The notes beneath the pieces were generated by a model, which saw nothing but the letters and a program-made list of their open reading frames with translations, was not told where the DNA came from and ran no database searches. From NCBI GenBank assembly GCA_036505175.1, contig DASXTV010000011.1, forward strand, positions 64,046 through 128,045: 64,000 nt of DNA, read 5' to 3'. This DNA comes from Gemmatimonadales bacterium. GTDB taxonomy: Bacteria > Gemmatimonadota > Gemmatimonadetes > Gemmatimonadales > GWC2-71-9. The translations under genes were made by a program, and so were the position numbers. Shown one piece after another: positions 27,701 to 38,596 of the stretch; position 1 is the first letter of the stretch, and the number at the start of each line of letters is the position of its first letter.

Positions 27701-28463
27701 CGCGCTAGGCGGTCATACGCTCGTGGCGACAGAGACTCTTACGGACGGCTACGCGGCCAACAACCAGCGCTCGGCGACGGTCACCGTGACGCCGCAGCCG
27801 ACCGATCTCGCTCTCGCGAGCATCACGGCGCCCGCCTCAGTGACACAAGGTGACACCGCCCTCATCTCGGCCACGGTGCAAAACGTGGGTGGCGCGGACG
27901 TGACCACCAGCTTCGATGTCGTGCTCACCGATGCGACGGCCGGCAACGCGGTGCTCGGGACGCAGACGATCTCCGGGCTCGCTGCGGGTGCCAGTGCGAC
28001 GCGCACCTTCAGCTGGAACACCGCCGGTGCAGCCATGAGCGGGCACATTCTGACGGCGACACAGAAGTTGGCGGACAACAACTCGAGCAACAACGCGGCC
28101 GCGATCGCGATCACCGTGAACGCGCCGAGTCTCCATGTGGGGAATTTGAACGGCGTTGCCACGAGCAACGGGAACACCTGGAGCGCGACCGTTCAGATCA
28201 CCGTGCACGACTGGCGGCACAATCTGGTGACCGGCGCCACCGTGCAGGGCACGTGGAACGGAAGCGGCCCCAATGGCCTGTGCTCGACGACCGCGGGCGG
28301 CAACGGGGTTTGCAGCATCGTCCTGTCGTCCATCCCGAATTCGACGAAGGCCGTCTCGTTCGCGGTGACCGGCATGACGTCGGCCGGCTACGTTTACAAG
28401 TCATCCGCCAATCACGACCCGGATGGCAGCAGCAACGGCTTCTCGATTACCGTCAAGCGATAG
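24717..28463 (+). CDS. secreted chymotrypsin-fold (S1) serine protease with N-terminal pro-region, 7 CARDB-like repeats, poly-Pro linker and a C-terminal beta domain
   Basis: Signal/lipobox-like MVAARRLTRAAVVVLIVAGSAVWYAC. Catalytic triad context: SNNHVL, IDAAIAL, GGGDSGS. Seven ~108-aa modules each with the pattern TD(V/I)A(V/L)...VTVQNVG...G(T)Q...L..G...T..F.W.T...G.H.L.A. Confidence 0.85.
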   Translation: MVAARRLTRAAVVVLIVAGSAVWYACGRRTDGPTGPAFNAPDFRSAMAIQRRHTEALLDIPGVVGTAVTLLPDGRPAMQILLERPGVAGLPVVLEGIPVTQRVTGRLMAFSDPTRRQRPAPMGFSVGHPAITAGTIGARVRDALGRVYILSNNHVLANSNGANIGDPEYQPGPFDGGTSADQIATLTDFQVISFAANGSNTIDAAIALSSTAVLDNATPADDGYSMPSSTIYGDANGDGLFDDTNALLGLNVQKYGRTTRLTHGQITGVNATVTICYEVSGFTCTKTARYVDQLIISPGTFSGGGDSGSLIVTDDANLNPVGLLFAGSSSVTIANRIDLVLLRFGVTIDGSEPPPPGPLTDLSLTSVSAPSTVVQGSTSSITVSVKNVGNQDVSSFDVTLQDTTEHVTLGTQTVGGLVAGASTTLTFAWTPSTTGEHVLVARQLRSDDRATNDQRAVTIPVNAPVTDIAVASFSGPTAVTVGHGANIGVTVTNVGNQNVTSDIAVTLQDSTAGVTLGTQMIAGLAAGASTTLVFSWNTTGAALGGHTLVATHALTDDNAANNRRTTVVTVNPKPTDIALTGITAPRSVAQGETAHVVVTVQNVGEVDATTPFAVDLLDGWAGPTVGTATVSGLPVGATATVDIAWNTAGAEITGHTLFATQRLPDDVSTNNTIGIAVNVTAPPPPGPPPPPPPPPPPPPGTDVAVTGITAPARVTQGDTAHVVVTVQNVGGQDVTTNFDVVLTDGFNGPTLGTQTIAGLAVGVSVTRTFDWNTAGAAVTGHTLFATQKLADSNSGNNSAGIGVIVQAPPVTDVAVSSVVAPSAVTQGSTASIGVTVQNVGGVNVSGSFDVVLTDSTAGVTLGTQTVTGLAVGATATRTFSWNTTSAALGGHTLVASHTLSDTNAANNQRSATVTVNAPVTDVAVSGVSAPSSVIQGNPVMIGVTVQNVGGQNVSSSFDVVLTDATAGVTIGTQSVPGLAIGATATRSFTWSTTGAALGGHTLVATETLTDGYAANNQRSATVTVTPQPTDLALASITAPASVTQGDTALISATVQNVGGADVTTSFDVVLTDATAGNAVLGTQTISGLAAGASATRTFSWNTAGAAMSGHILTATQKLADNNSSNNAAAIAITVNAPSLHVGNLNGVATSNGNTWSATVQITVHDWRHNLVTGATVQGTWNGSGPNGLCSTTAGGNGVCSIVLSSIPNSTKAVSFAVTGMTSAGYVYKSSANHDPDGSSNGFSITVKR
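25791..28127 (+). repeat. seven tandem ~324-bp coding modules (CARDB-like), interrupted by a Pro-coding tract at about 26758-26812
   Basis: Modules delimited from the translated protein (residues ~359-1137). Neighbouring modules share roughly 60-75 percent residues by eye. Confidence 0.85.
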
Positions 28464-28769
28464 ATGGTCGCACGCCTGATGACGCTGGTGCTGCTTGCGG
28501 GGGCATTGGCATGCTCCCGCTCGCAACCCGGAGGAGCTGGAGGAGCCACCGTAGCCGTGAAAAGCATCGACGAGGTTCTCGCCGCGCACACTGACTCGCT
28601 CATGGCGATCCCGGGCGTTGTGGGCACGGCGATCGGGTTGTGCGGTGGCGAGCGCTGTATCAAGGTTCTCGTAACCGACTCCAGCTCTCGAACCAAGGGC
28701 CGAATTCCCTCGCGTCTCGAAGGCTATCGTGTCGTGGTCGACGTGACTGGACCGATCCAGCCGAGATAA
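28464..28769 (+). CDS. small lipoprotein, paralog of the protease N-terminal pro-region
   Basis: ATG directly follows the protease stop (TAGATG). MVARLMTLVLLAGALAC signal. HTDSLMAIPGVVGTAIGL...IPSRLEGYRVVVDVTGPI aligns with protease HTEALLDIPGVVGTAVTL...LPVVLEGIPVTQRVTGRL. Confidence 0.65.
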   Translation: MVARLMTLVLLAGALACSRSQPGGAGGATVAVKSIDEVLAAHTDSLMAIPGVVGTAIGLCGGERCIKVLVTDSSSRTKGRIPSRLEGYRVVVDVTGPIQPR

Positions 28770-28771
28770 TC

Positions 28772-30907
28772 CTATGGTGTAGCCCTCGGCTCCACGCCGA
28801 CTTGCCGCCACAGATAGGCATAGGTCAGCGCGAGCTCCTTGGCGACCTGGGCGTTCGTGACCCCGGCACCGTGTCCACCTTCCGTGTTTTCGAAGTAGTA
28901 GAACGGCATCCCCATCGACTCCATCTTGGCGGCCATCTTGCGCGCGTGGCCCGGATGCACGCGGTCGTCGCGGGTCGTCGTCGTGAACATGACGGTGGGA
29001 TACTTCACCCCGGGCTTCAGGTTCTGGTAAGGTGAATACTGCGAGATGTAGGCCCAGTCCTCGGGTTTGTCGGGATCGCCATACTCGGCCATCCAGCTCG
29101 CCCCCGCGAGCAGATGGTTGTAGCGCTTCATGTCGAGCAGCGGATTCTGAATCAGCACCGCGTTATAGAGTTCGGGGTGTTGGGTGAGCGCGACGCCCAT
29201 CAACAGCCCGCCGTTCGAGCCGCCACGAATTCCCAGGTGCTGCGGGCTGGTGATGCTGTCGCGGATCAGCTCCTGCGACACCGCCGCGAAATCGTCGTAG
29301 ATGCGTTGCCGGTGCCCCTTCAGTCCGGCACGATGCCATTGCGGGCCGAACTCGCCACCGCCGCGAATATTGGCGAGCACGAAAACGCCCCCGCGCTCGA
29401 GCCACCCGGCGCCCGTGTGCGTGCTATACGACGGTGTGCTGGCAATCTCGAATCCGCCGTAGGCGCCGAGCAGGGTGGGATTGTTGCCGTCGCGCTTCAT
29501 GTCGCGGCGATGCACGACGAAGAAGGGGATCTTGGTGCCGTCCGCCGACGTCGCTTCCTGTTGGTCGACGACCAGGCCCGTCGCGTCGAACATCGCCGGG
29601 AGGCGCTTGAGTTCCGCGACGCTGCCATCGTCCGCCGTCACGTACAGCGTCGTTGGCTGAATGAAGTTCGTGAATGTGAAGAAGTACCGGTTCGACTGGG
29701 CGGACCTCGCAACGACGCCCACGGTGCCGAGATCTGGTGCCGGCACTCTGTCGAATGTCCATCGTCCATCCTGATAGCGGTAGCGCCGCAACTCGCCCCG
29801 TACGTTGTTCAGGACGTTGAGAAGCAGGTAGTCGCGCGTGGACGTCACGCCATTGATGGTCTCGCGTGGACCAGGCTGCATGACGAGCTGAAAGGCGCGC
29901 CTGCCGCTGAGAAAATCATCGAGGGGCAACGCGATCAGCGACGCAGTCGGCCAGGTCTTGCCACTCACAGTCCATGGATCGCGCACGTACACGACGAGCT
30001 GACCGTGCACGATACTGACATCGGCATCCGTGGGGACGTCGAGCTTCACGACCTTTCCGTGGTCATAGAGGTATCGCGTGCGGTGGTAAAAATCCGTCCC
30101 ATCCCTGATCATGAGATAACGGCGCACGCCGTCATTCGTGCTGGACGCAGACGCGCTGACGTGGTCGGGCGGCGCCTCGTACACGGTCGTCGCCGTAGAG
30201 AGCGGGGTACCACGCTTCCAGAGTTTGATGATGCGTGCGTAGCCGGAGGTTGTCATGCTGCCAGGTCCGAAATCGGTCCCGACGAGGAGCGTGTTGTCAT
30301 CGACCCACGTGATTCCGGACTTCGCTTCCGGAACCCTGAAACCATCAGCCACAAAGTGTCTGGTGGTGAGATCGAACTCCCGCAGCTCCGTGGCGTCCGA
30401 TCCGCCGCGCGACAGACCGACGATGCAGCGCCGGTATTCGGGCTCGAGGCAGCTCGCGCCCGCCCAGGACCAGGGCACGCCCTCCGCTTTGCTCAGCGAA
30501 TCCAGATCGATCACGGTCTCCCAGGAAGGATTCGCGGCGGCGTAGCTCGCCCATGTCGTCCGGCGCCAAATCCCCCGCTCGTGGTCGGCGTCTTGCCAGA
30601 AATTGTAAATCGAGTTCCCGAGGATATTGGGGAAGGCGATCTTGTCCTTGGAGTCGAGGATCTGCTTGATGCGAGCATAGAGCGTCTGATACAGGGGTGA
30701 TCCGCCGAGTTGGGCGATGGTAGCGGCGTTCTTGGCGTTCACCCACTCCATCGACCGTGCGCCCTCCACGTCCTCGAGCCAGACGAACGGGTCGTCGGCT
30801 GGAGGGGGAGGCGCAGGCGCCTGCTGTGCGCCTAGGACAGCGGTTCTTAGAAGGGTGAGGACGACGAGACCGAGTACGGCGGTGGTGGGGCGGTTCCTGC
30901 GATCCAT
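28772..30907 (-). CDS. prolyl oligopeptidase family (S9A) serine peptidase, secreted
   Basis: ATG 30907 preceded by GAGGAG (MDRRNRPTTAVLGLVVL). Beta-propeller region then GGSNGGLLMG nucleophile elbow, DDRVHP and GHG motifs. Confidence 0.9.
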   Translation of the reverse strand: MDRRNRPTTAVLGLVVLTLLRTAVLGAQQAPAPPPPADDPFVWLEDVEGARSMEWVNAKNAATIAQLGGSPLYQTLYARIKQILDSKDKIAFPNILGNSIYNFWQDADHERGIWRRTTWASYAAANPSWETVIDLDSLSKAEGVPWSWAGASCLEPEYRRCIVGLSRGGSDATELREFDLTTRHFVADGFRVPEAKSGITWVDDNTLLVGTDFGPGSMTTSGYARIIKLWKRGTPLSTATTVYEAPPDHVSASASSTNDGVRRYLMIRDGTDFYHRTRYLYDHGKVVKLDVPTDADVSIVHGQLVVYVRDPWTVSGKTWPTASLIALPLDDFLSGRRAFQLVMQPGPRETINGVTSTRDYLLLNVLNNVRGELRRYRYQDGRWTFDRVPAPDLGTVGVVARSAQSNRYFFTFTNFIQPTTLYVTADDGSVAELKRLPAMFDATGLVVDQQEATSADGTKIPFFVVHRRDMKRDGNNPTLLGAYGGFEIASTPSYSTHTGAGWLERGGVFVLANIRGGGEFGPQWHRAGLKGHRQRIYDDFAAVSQELIRDSITSPQHLGIRGGSNGGLLMGVALTQHPELYNAVLIQNPLLDMKRYNHLLAGASWMAEYGDPDKPEDWAYISQYSPYQNLKPGVKYPTVMFTTTTRDDRVHPGHARKMAAKMESMGMPFYYFENTEGGHGAGVTNAQVAKELALTYAYLWRQVGVEPRATP

Positions 30908-31023
30908 GGTAGCTCCTCGGAAATACGGTGGCGACGGCTCTGCTAAGGTACGAGTCAACCCGTTGGTCCACTAGGACTTTTGGACCTACCGTCAATCCCT
31001 CCAGCGATTAGCTTCCCCCCGGC

Positions 31024-31722
31024 ATGAATGTCATTCCCCAGCGAGTCAAAGACGGTTTTGTCAGCTTGACCGGACCGCTGGCGCGTGGGCTGATCCAGGC
31101 CGGCGTGCATCCGAACACGATTACCACGCTCGGGACTTTGGTGGTGGTTGGCTCGGGAGTCGCGTTCGGCCTCGGCGACATTCGATGGGGCGGCATGCTC
31201 CTGCTCTTGAGTGGCGTGTTCGACATTCTCGACGGGCAGGTAGCGCGTCAGGGCGGCAAGATCACGACGTTCGGCGCCTTTTATGATTCGACGCTCGACC
31301 GGGTCGGCGAGGGGGCGGTTTTCACCGGGCTGATCTTCTATTTCTTGACCGGCCCGTTGCCGGCCGAGCTGACGTCGCGGGCCATCGCCGCAGGGCTGGT
31401 CGCGCTGGTCGCCTCGCTGTTGGTATCGTACACGCGGGCGCGGGCCGAAGCGCTCGGCGTGGAAAACAAGGTGGGTATTGCCGGGCGGGCTGAGCGCATT
31501 CTCCTGCTCGGCCTGCCGACACTGGTGTTCGGCGCGGGACCGGGGCGGCCCGGCGTCCTGCTGTTCTGGATTGTGGCCGTGCTCGCGCTCGTCTCCGCGA
31601 TCACGGTGATCCAACGGGTGGTGCATGTCGCGCGCGTGGCGCGCGGCGCGCCGCCGCCGTCGCCGATTCCCAAACGTGAGACGTTGCCTGGAGTCGCGGC
31701 GGCACGCCGCAAAGGACATTGA
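31024..31722 (+). CDS. CDP-alcohol phosphatidyltransferase family protein (candidate phosphatidylinositol-phosphate synthase)
   Basis: Signature DGQVARQGGKITTFGAFYDSTLDRVGE = D(x2)DG(x2)AR...G(x3)D(x3)D. 232 aa, multi-TM. Stop overlaps the start of inositol-3-phosphate synthase. Confidence 0.8.
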   Translation: MNVIPQRVKDGFVSLTGPLARGLIQAGVHPNTITTLGTLVVVGSGVAFGLGDIRWGGMLLLLSGVFDILDGQVARQGGKITTFGAFYDSTLDRVGEGAVFTGLIFYFLTGPLPAELTSRAIAAGLVALVASLLVSYTRARAEALGVENKVGIAGRAERILLLGLPTLVFGAGPGRPGVLLFWIVAVLALVSAITVIQRVVHVARVARGAPPPSPIPKRETLPGVAAARRKGH

Positions 31723-33083
31723 TGACACGGGAGCAAACGGGGACGGCGGTCGTCACGGGCGGCGCACGCGAGATCGCGCCCGCGAAGGGAAAACTGGGCG
31801 TGATGCTGGTCGGCCTCGGCGCCGTGTCCACGACGTTTATCGCCGGCGTCGAAAACGTGCGGCGGGGTCGAGCGCTGCCGATCGGCTCGCTCAGCCAGAT
31901 GGCGACGATCCGGCTCGGCAAGCGCACCGAGAAGCGGATGCCGAAAATCAAGGACTTCGTCCCGCTCGCGGACCTGAAGGATCTCGTGTTTGCGGCGTGG
32001 GACCCGATTCCGGATGACGCCTACACCGCGGCGGTCAAGGCCGGTGTGCTCGATCAACACGAGCACCTCGAGCCGATCAAGGCGTTTCTGCAGAGCCTCA
32101 AGCCGAGCCCCGCGGTCTTCGATCAGTACTACGTGAAGCGGCTGCAGGGCACGAACGTCAAGCGCGGTAAGAACAAGCGGGAGCTGGCCGAGCAGCTGCG
32201 CGTGGACATGCGGAACTTCAAGCAGAGCGCGGGCCTGGATCGCCTCGTGGTGGTGTGGTGCGCGTCGACCGAGGTGTTCCTCACTCCTGGACCGGCGCAT
32301 CAGTCGCTGCAGGCGTTCGAGCAGGCGATGGAGCGCAACGACCAGTCGATCGCACCGTCGATGCTGTATGCCTACGCCGCGCTCATGGAGAACGTACCGT
32401 TCGCGAACGGTGCGCCCAATCTCACGGTCGACCTCCCCGTGATGGAGCAGTTGGCGGACGAGCATCACGTGCCGATCGGCGGTAAGGACTTCAAGACGGG
32501 CCAGACGATGATGAAGAGCGTGCTGGCCCCGGCATTCAAGGCGCGCATGCTCGGCCTGTCCGGGTGGTATTCCACCAACATCCTCGGCAATCGCGACGGC
32601 GAAGTGTTGGACGATCCCGAATCGTTCAAGACCAAGGAGGAGTCGAAGCTCGGCCTGCTCGAGCACATCCTCCAGCCCGAGCTCTATCCCGAGCTGTACG
32701 GCAAGGTCTATCACAAGGTGCGGATCAATTACTACCCCCCCCGCGGCGATAATAAGGAAGGGTGGGACAACATCGATATCTTCGGATGGCTGGGCTATCC
32801 GATGCAGATCAAAGTCGATTTCTTGTGCCGCGACTCGATCCTCGCCGCGCCGATCGTGCTCGACCTCGCGCTGTTCTTCGATCTCGCCGCGCGTGCCGGG
32901 CTCTCTGGTATTCAAGAATGGCTTTCCTTCTACTTTAAGAGCCCGCAGTTCGCCGCCGGCCTGTACGCCGAGCACGACCTGTTCATTCAGCAGACGAAGC
33001 TCAAGAACACGCTGCGCTGGATGATGGGCGAAGAGCAGATCACGCACCTCGGCATCGAGTACTACGAGTACGCGGAGAAGTAA
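31722..33083 (+). CDS. ino1: myo-inositol-3-phosphate synthase
   Basis: ATG 31722 (TGATG overlap). About 453 aa with SGWYSTNILGNRDGEVLDDPESFKTKEESK and NYYPPRGDNKEGWDNIDIFGWLGY segments typical of bacterial/archaeal MIPS. Confidence 0.85.
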   Translation: MTREQTGTAVVTGGAREIAPAKGKLGVMLVGLGAVSTTFIAGVENVRRGRALPIGSLSQMATIRLGKRTEKRMPKIKDFVPLADLKDLVFAAWDPIPDDAYTAAVKAGVLDQHEHLEPIKAFLQSLKPSPAVFDQYYVKRLQGTNVKRGKNKRELAEQLRVDMRNFKQSAGLDRLVVVWCASTEVFLTPGPAHQSLQAFEQAMERNDQSIAPSMLYAYAALMENVPFANGAPNLTVDLPVMEQLADEHHVPIGGKDFKTGQTMMKSVLAPAFKARMLGLSGWYSTNILGNRDGEVLDDPESFKTKEESKLGLLEHILQPELYPELYGKVYHKVRINYYPPRGDNKEGWDNIDIFGWLGYPMQIKVDFLCRDSILAAPIVLDLALFFDLAARAGLSGIQEWLSFYFKSPQFAAGLYAEHDLFIQQTKLKNTLRWMMGEEQITHLGIEYYEYAEK

Positions 33084-33107
33084 GCTCACTCCAGGAGATA
33101 ATCCCGC

Positions 33108-35534
<2,427 letters not shown>

Positions 35535-35553
35535 CGGAGGTGGGGGGCGCTGC

Positions 35554-35991
35554 ATGACGACGACCCAGCTCGCCGTCACGGCGCTCGGCGCTGCCGCCAT
35601 CGTCTGGGTGTTGTGGTACTTCCTCTTCTCGCGCGGCAAGGCGGTCGCGGCGACCGCCGGTGCGGGGGGAGTCCAGGAAGTGCATGTCACCGTGAAGGGC
35701 GGCTATACGCCCGACACGATCGTGGTACAGGCCGGCACGCCGGTGCGGCTGCAATTCTATCGCGACGAGACGGCCGATTGCTCGGAGCGCGTCGTGTTCG
35801 AGCGCTTCGGCATCGATCAACAGCTGCCGGCCTTTCAAACCACGACCGTCGAGTTCACACCCGATCGGCCGGGCGAATACCCCTTTCGCTGCGGCATGAA
35901 CATGCTGAAGGGGCTGCTCGTGGTGGAGCCGCCGGGCGAGCGCCGGGCGGCGTCGTCGCCGCACAAGTTCCACGGTGCCACGCATGAGTAA
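35554..35991 (+). CDS. membrane-anchored cupredoxin-like domain protein
   Basis: N-terminal TM, then VHVTVKGGYTPDTIVVQAGTPVRLQFYRD..C...YPFRCGMNM (Cys/Met ligand pattern). Overlaps the copA start by 8 nt. Confidence 0.75.
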   Translation: MTTTQLAVTALGAAAIVWVLWYFLFSRGKAVAATAGAGGVQEVHVTVKGGYTPDTIVVQAGTPVRLQFYRDETADCSERVVFERFGIDQQLPAFQTTTVEFTPDRPGEYPFRCGMNMLKGLLVVEPPGERRAASSPHKFHGATHE

Positions 35992-38596
35992 GACACGAAT
36001 CGTTCTTCCCATCGAAGGCATGACCTGCGCCAGCTGCGCCGCGACCGTCCAGGAGGCGCTGGCGGGCGCGCCCGGCGTTACGTCCGCCGGCGTCAACTTC
36101 GCCACCAATAAAGCCGCCATCGAGTACGATGCCGCGCAGACAAACGTCGGCCAGCTCATCAAGACGGTGCGCGAGGCGGGCTACAACTGCGGCAAGGCGA
36201 GCGTCACCTTCGGCATCGTCGACCTGCACTATGCGCCGAGCGTGGCGTTGCTCGAGCAGTCCCTGTCGAAAGTGAACGGCGTCATCCGGGCCATCGCCAA
36301 TCAGGCGACGGAGACAGCGACTGTGGACTATGTCCCCGGGGTCGTGGACGCCAAGGACCTGGAGCAGGCGGTCCAGGCGGCGGGATTCGAAGTCGCGGCG
36401 CCGATCGCGGCGGAGGATCCGCTGGAGCGCGAGCGCATCGCGCGCAGCCGCGAGATTCGCACGCTCACCTGGAAATTCGTGGCCGCCGCGGCCGTGACGA
36501 TCGTCGCCATGATCGGCGCGATGCTGCTGATGGCCGATCGTCCGATGGGCGACAACGGCACGATGAAGCAGGTGGATCTCCTGGGTCACCTCCTCATGCC
36601 GGTCGCCGTGTGGCTGCGCGACTGGGTGGCGGGTCAAGGTTGGATTCTCGATCTCGGGTGGATCAAGTGGGGGCTGGCGGTCCTCACGCTCCCGGTGGTT
36701 GTCTGGTCGGGCCAGCAGTTCTACAAAGGCACGTGGAGCGGGCTGCGGCATCGCACCGCGGACATGAACACCCTCATTGGAGTGGGAACCGGTGCCGCCT
36801 ACCTCTATTCGCTCGTGGCGACGGTCGCGCCGACGATGTTCTTGCGCGCTGGACTCCCCGCCGATGTTTACTACGAGGCCGTCGCCGCGATCATCGCGCT
36901 GGTCCTGCTCGGCCGCCTGCTCGAGGCGCGCGCGAAAGGCCGCACCTCCGAGGCCATTCGCCGGCTCGCAGCGTTGCGCGCGAAATCCGCGCATGTGCTC
37001 CGCGATCGCCAGGAAACCGATATTCCCGTCGAGGCAGTGGTCGTCGGAGACCTCCTGATCGTCAAACCGGGCGAAAAGGTGCCTGTCGACGGCATCGTCA
37101 CCGAAGGCGCGTCGGCGGTGAACGAAGCGATGCTCACCGGTGAGCCGATGCCGGTGGGCAAGAAGCCGGAAGACGAGGTCATCGGCGGCACGCTGAACAC
37201 GACCGGCAGTATCACGTTTCGCGCGACGCGGGTGGGCAAGGAAACCGCGCTCGGGCAGATCGTGCAGCTGGTCGAAGATGCCCAGGCGACCAAGGCGCCC
37301 ATCCAGAAGCTCGCCGACCGTGTCGCTGGGGTGTTCGTCCCCATCGTCATCGCGCTCGCCATCGCGGCGTTCGTGTTGTGGTTCGACCTGGGACCCAACC
37401 CGCAGGTGCGCGCGCTCGTCTTTGCGACCGTGGCGTTCGTGACGGTGCTGATCATCGCGTGCCCCTGTGCCCTCGGCCTCGCCACTCCGACCGCGATCCT
37501 CGTGGGCACCGGCAGGGCGGCGCAGTACGGAATCTTGATCCGGAGCGGTGAAGCGCTGGAACGGCTCGCCACGGCACGTACGGTGCTACTCGACAAGACC
37601 GGCACGATCACCGAAGGCAAGCCGGCGGTCACACACATCGTGACGGCGAAGAAACCGGACGGTACGCCGATCAGTCCCGTCGACGTGCTCAAGTGGGCCG
37701 CGTCGGTCGAACAGCGCTCCGAGCATCCACTCGCGCTCGCCATTCTGAAAGCCGCGCAGGACAAGCAGGTGTCGCTGCTCGGCGTCGAGAAGTTCGCGGC
37801 GATGGAGGGTCGGGGGGTACGCGGGACGGTGGACCGCCGCATCATCGAGGTGATCTCGTTGCGGCACGCGCGCGAGCGGAGCCTGGAGCTCGGCTCACTG
37901 GGCGCCGACGCCGACCGCTTGGCGGCGCAGGGCCGCTCGCCGATCATCGTCGTCGTGAACAACACGGTCTATGCCGTCATCGCGATCTCCGATCCGATCA
38001 AACCGACGTCCAAGACGGCCGTCGAGCTCTTGAACGGGCGCGGGATTTCCGTCGTCATGGTCTCGGGCGACTCGCGCAAAGGCGCCGAGGCGGTGGCCGC
38101 GGAGGTGGGGATCGAGGACGTCATCGCCGAGGTGTTGCCTTCGCAGAAGGCGGACCTCGTGAAGAAGTTGCAGCGCCAGGCGAGCAGGGCGGGGGGCGGC
38201 CACATCGTCATGGTGGGCGACGGCATCAACGATGCGCCGGCGCTGGCGCAGGCGAATGTCGGCATCGCGATCGGCACCGGCACCGACATCGCGATGGAAG
38301 CATCCGACGTGACGCTGATCCGCGGCGACCTGCGTGCCGTGTTCACGGCGATCGAGCTCGCCCGCCGCACCATGCGGACGATTCGTTGGAATCTCATCTG
38401 GGCGTTTGGGTACAATGTGGTGCTGATTCCGGTCGCCGCCGGCGCCCTGTATCCCGTGACGGGATGGCTGCTGTCGCCGGTGCTCGCGAGCGCGGCGATG
38501 GCGTGGTCGAGTCTCTCGGTGGTGCTCAACAGCCTCACGTTGCGGGCGTTCAAAACTCCAGGAGCGGCAACGCATGCGTTACTTCCACAGAACTAG
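35984..38596 (+). CDS. copA: copper-translocating P1B-type ATPase
   Basis: GMTCASC HMA domain, CPC (IACPCALGLATP), DKTGTITEG, MVGDGINDAP. Confidence 0.95.
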   Translation: MSKTRIVLPIEGMTCASCAATVQEALAGAPGVTSAGVNFATNKAAIEYDAAQTNVGQLIKTVREAGYNCGKASVTFGIVDLHYAPSVALLEQSLSKVNGVIRAIANQATETATVDYVPGVVDAKDLEQAVQAAGFEVAAPIAAEDPLERERIARSREIRTLTWKFVAAAAVTIVAMIGAMLLMADRPMGDNGTMKQVDLLGHLLMPVAVWLRDWVAGQGWILDLGWIKWGLAVLTLPVVVWSGQQFYKGTWSGLRHRTADMNTLIGVGTGAAYLYSLVATVAPTMFLRAGLPADVYYEAVAAIIALVLLGRLLEARAKGRTSEAIRRLAALRAKSAHVLRDRQETDIPVEAVVVGDLLIVKPGEKVPVDGIVTEGASAVNEAMLTGEPMPVGKKPEDEVIGGTLNTTGSITFRATRVGKETALGQIVQLVEDAQATKAPIQKLADRVAGVFVPIVIALAIAAFVLWFDLGPNPQVRALVFATVAFVTVLIIACPCALGLATPTAILVGTGRAAQYGILIRSGEALERLATARTVLLDKTGTITEGKPAVTHIVTAKKPDGTPISPVDVLKWAASVEQRSEHPLALAILKAAQDKQVSLLGVEKFAAMEGRGVRGTVDRRIIEVISLRHARERSLELGSLGADADRLAAQGRSPIIVVVNNTVYAVIAISDPIKPTSKTAVELLNGRGISVVMVSGDSRKGAEAVAAEVGIEDVIAEVLPSQKADLVKKLQRQASRAGGGHIVMVGDGINDAPALAQANVGIAIGTGTDIAMEASDVTLIRGDLRAVFTAIELARRTMRTIRWNLIWAFGYNVVLIPVAAGALYPVTGWLLSPVLASAAMAWSSLSVVLNSLTLRAFKTPGAATHALLPQN

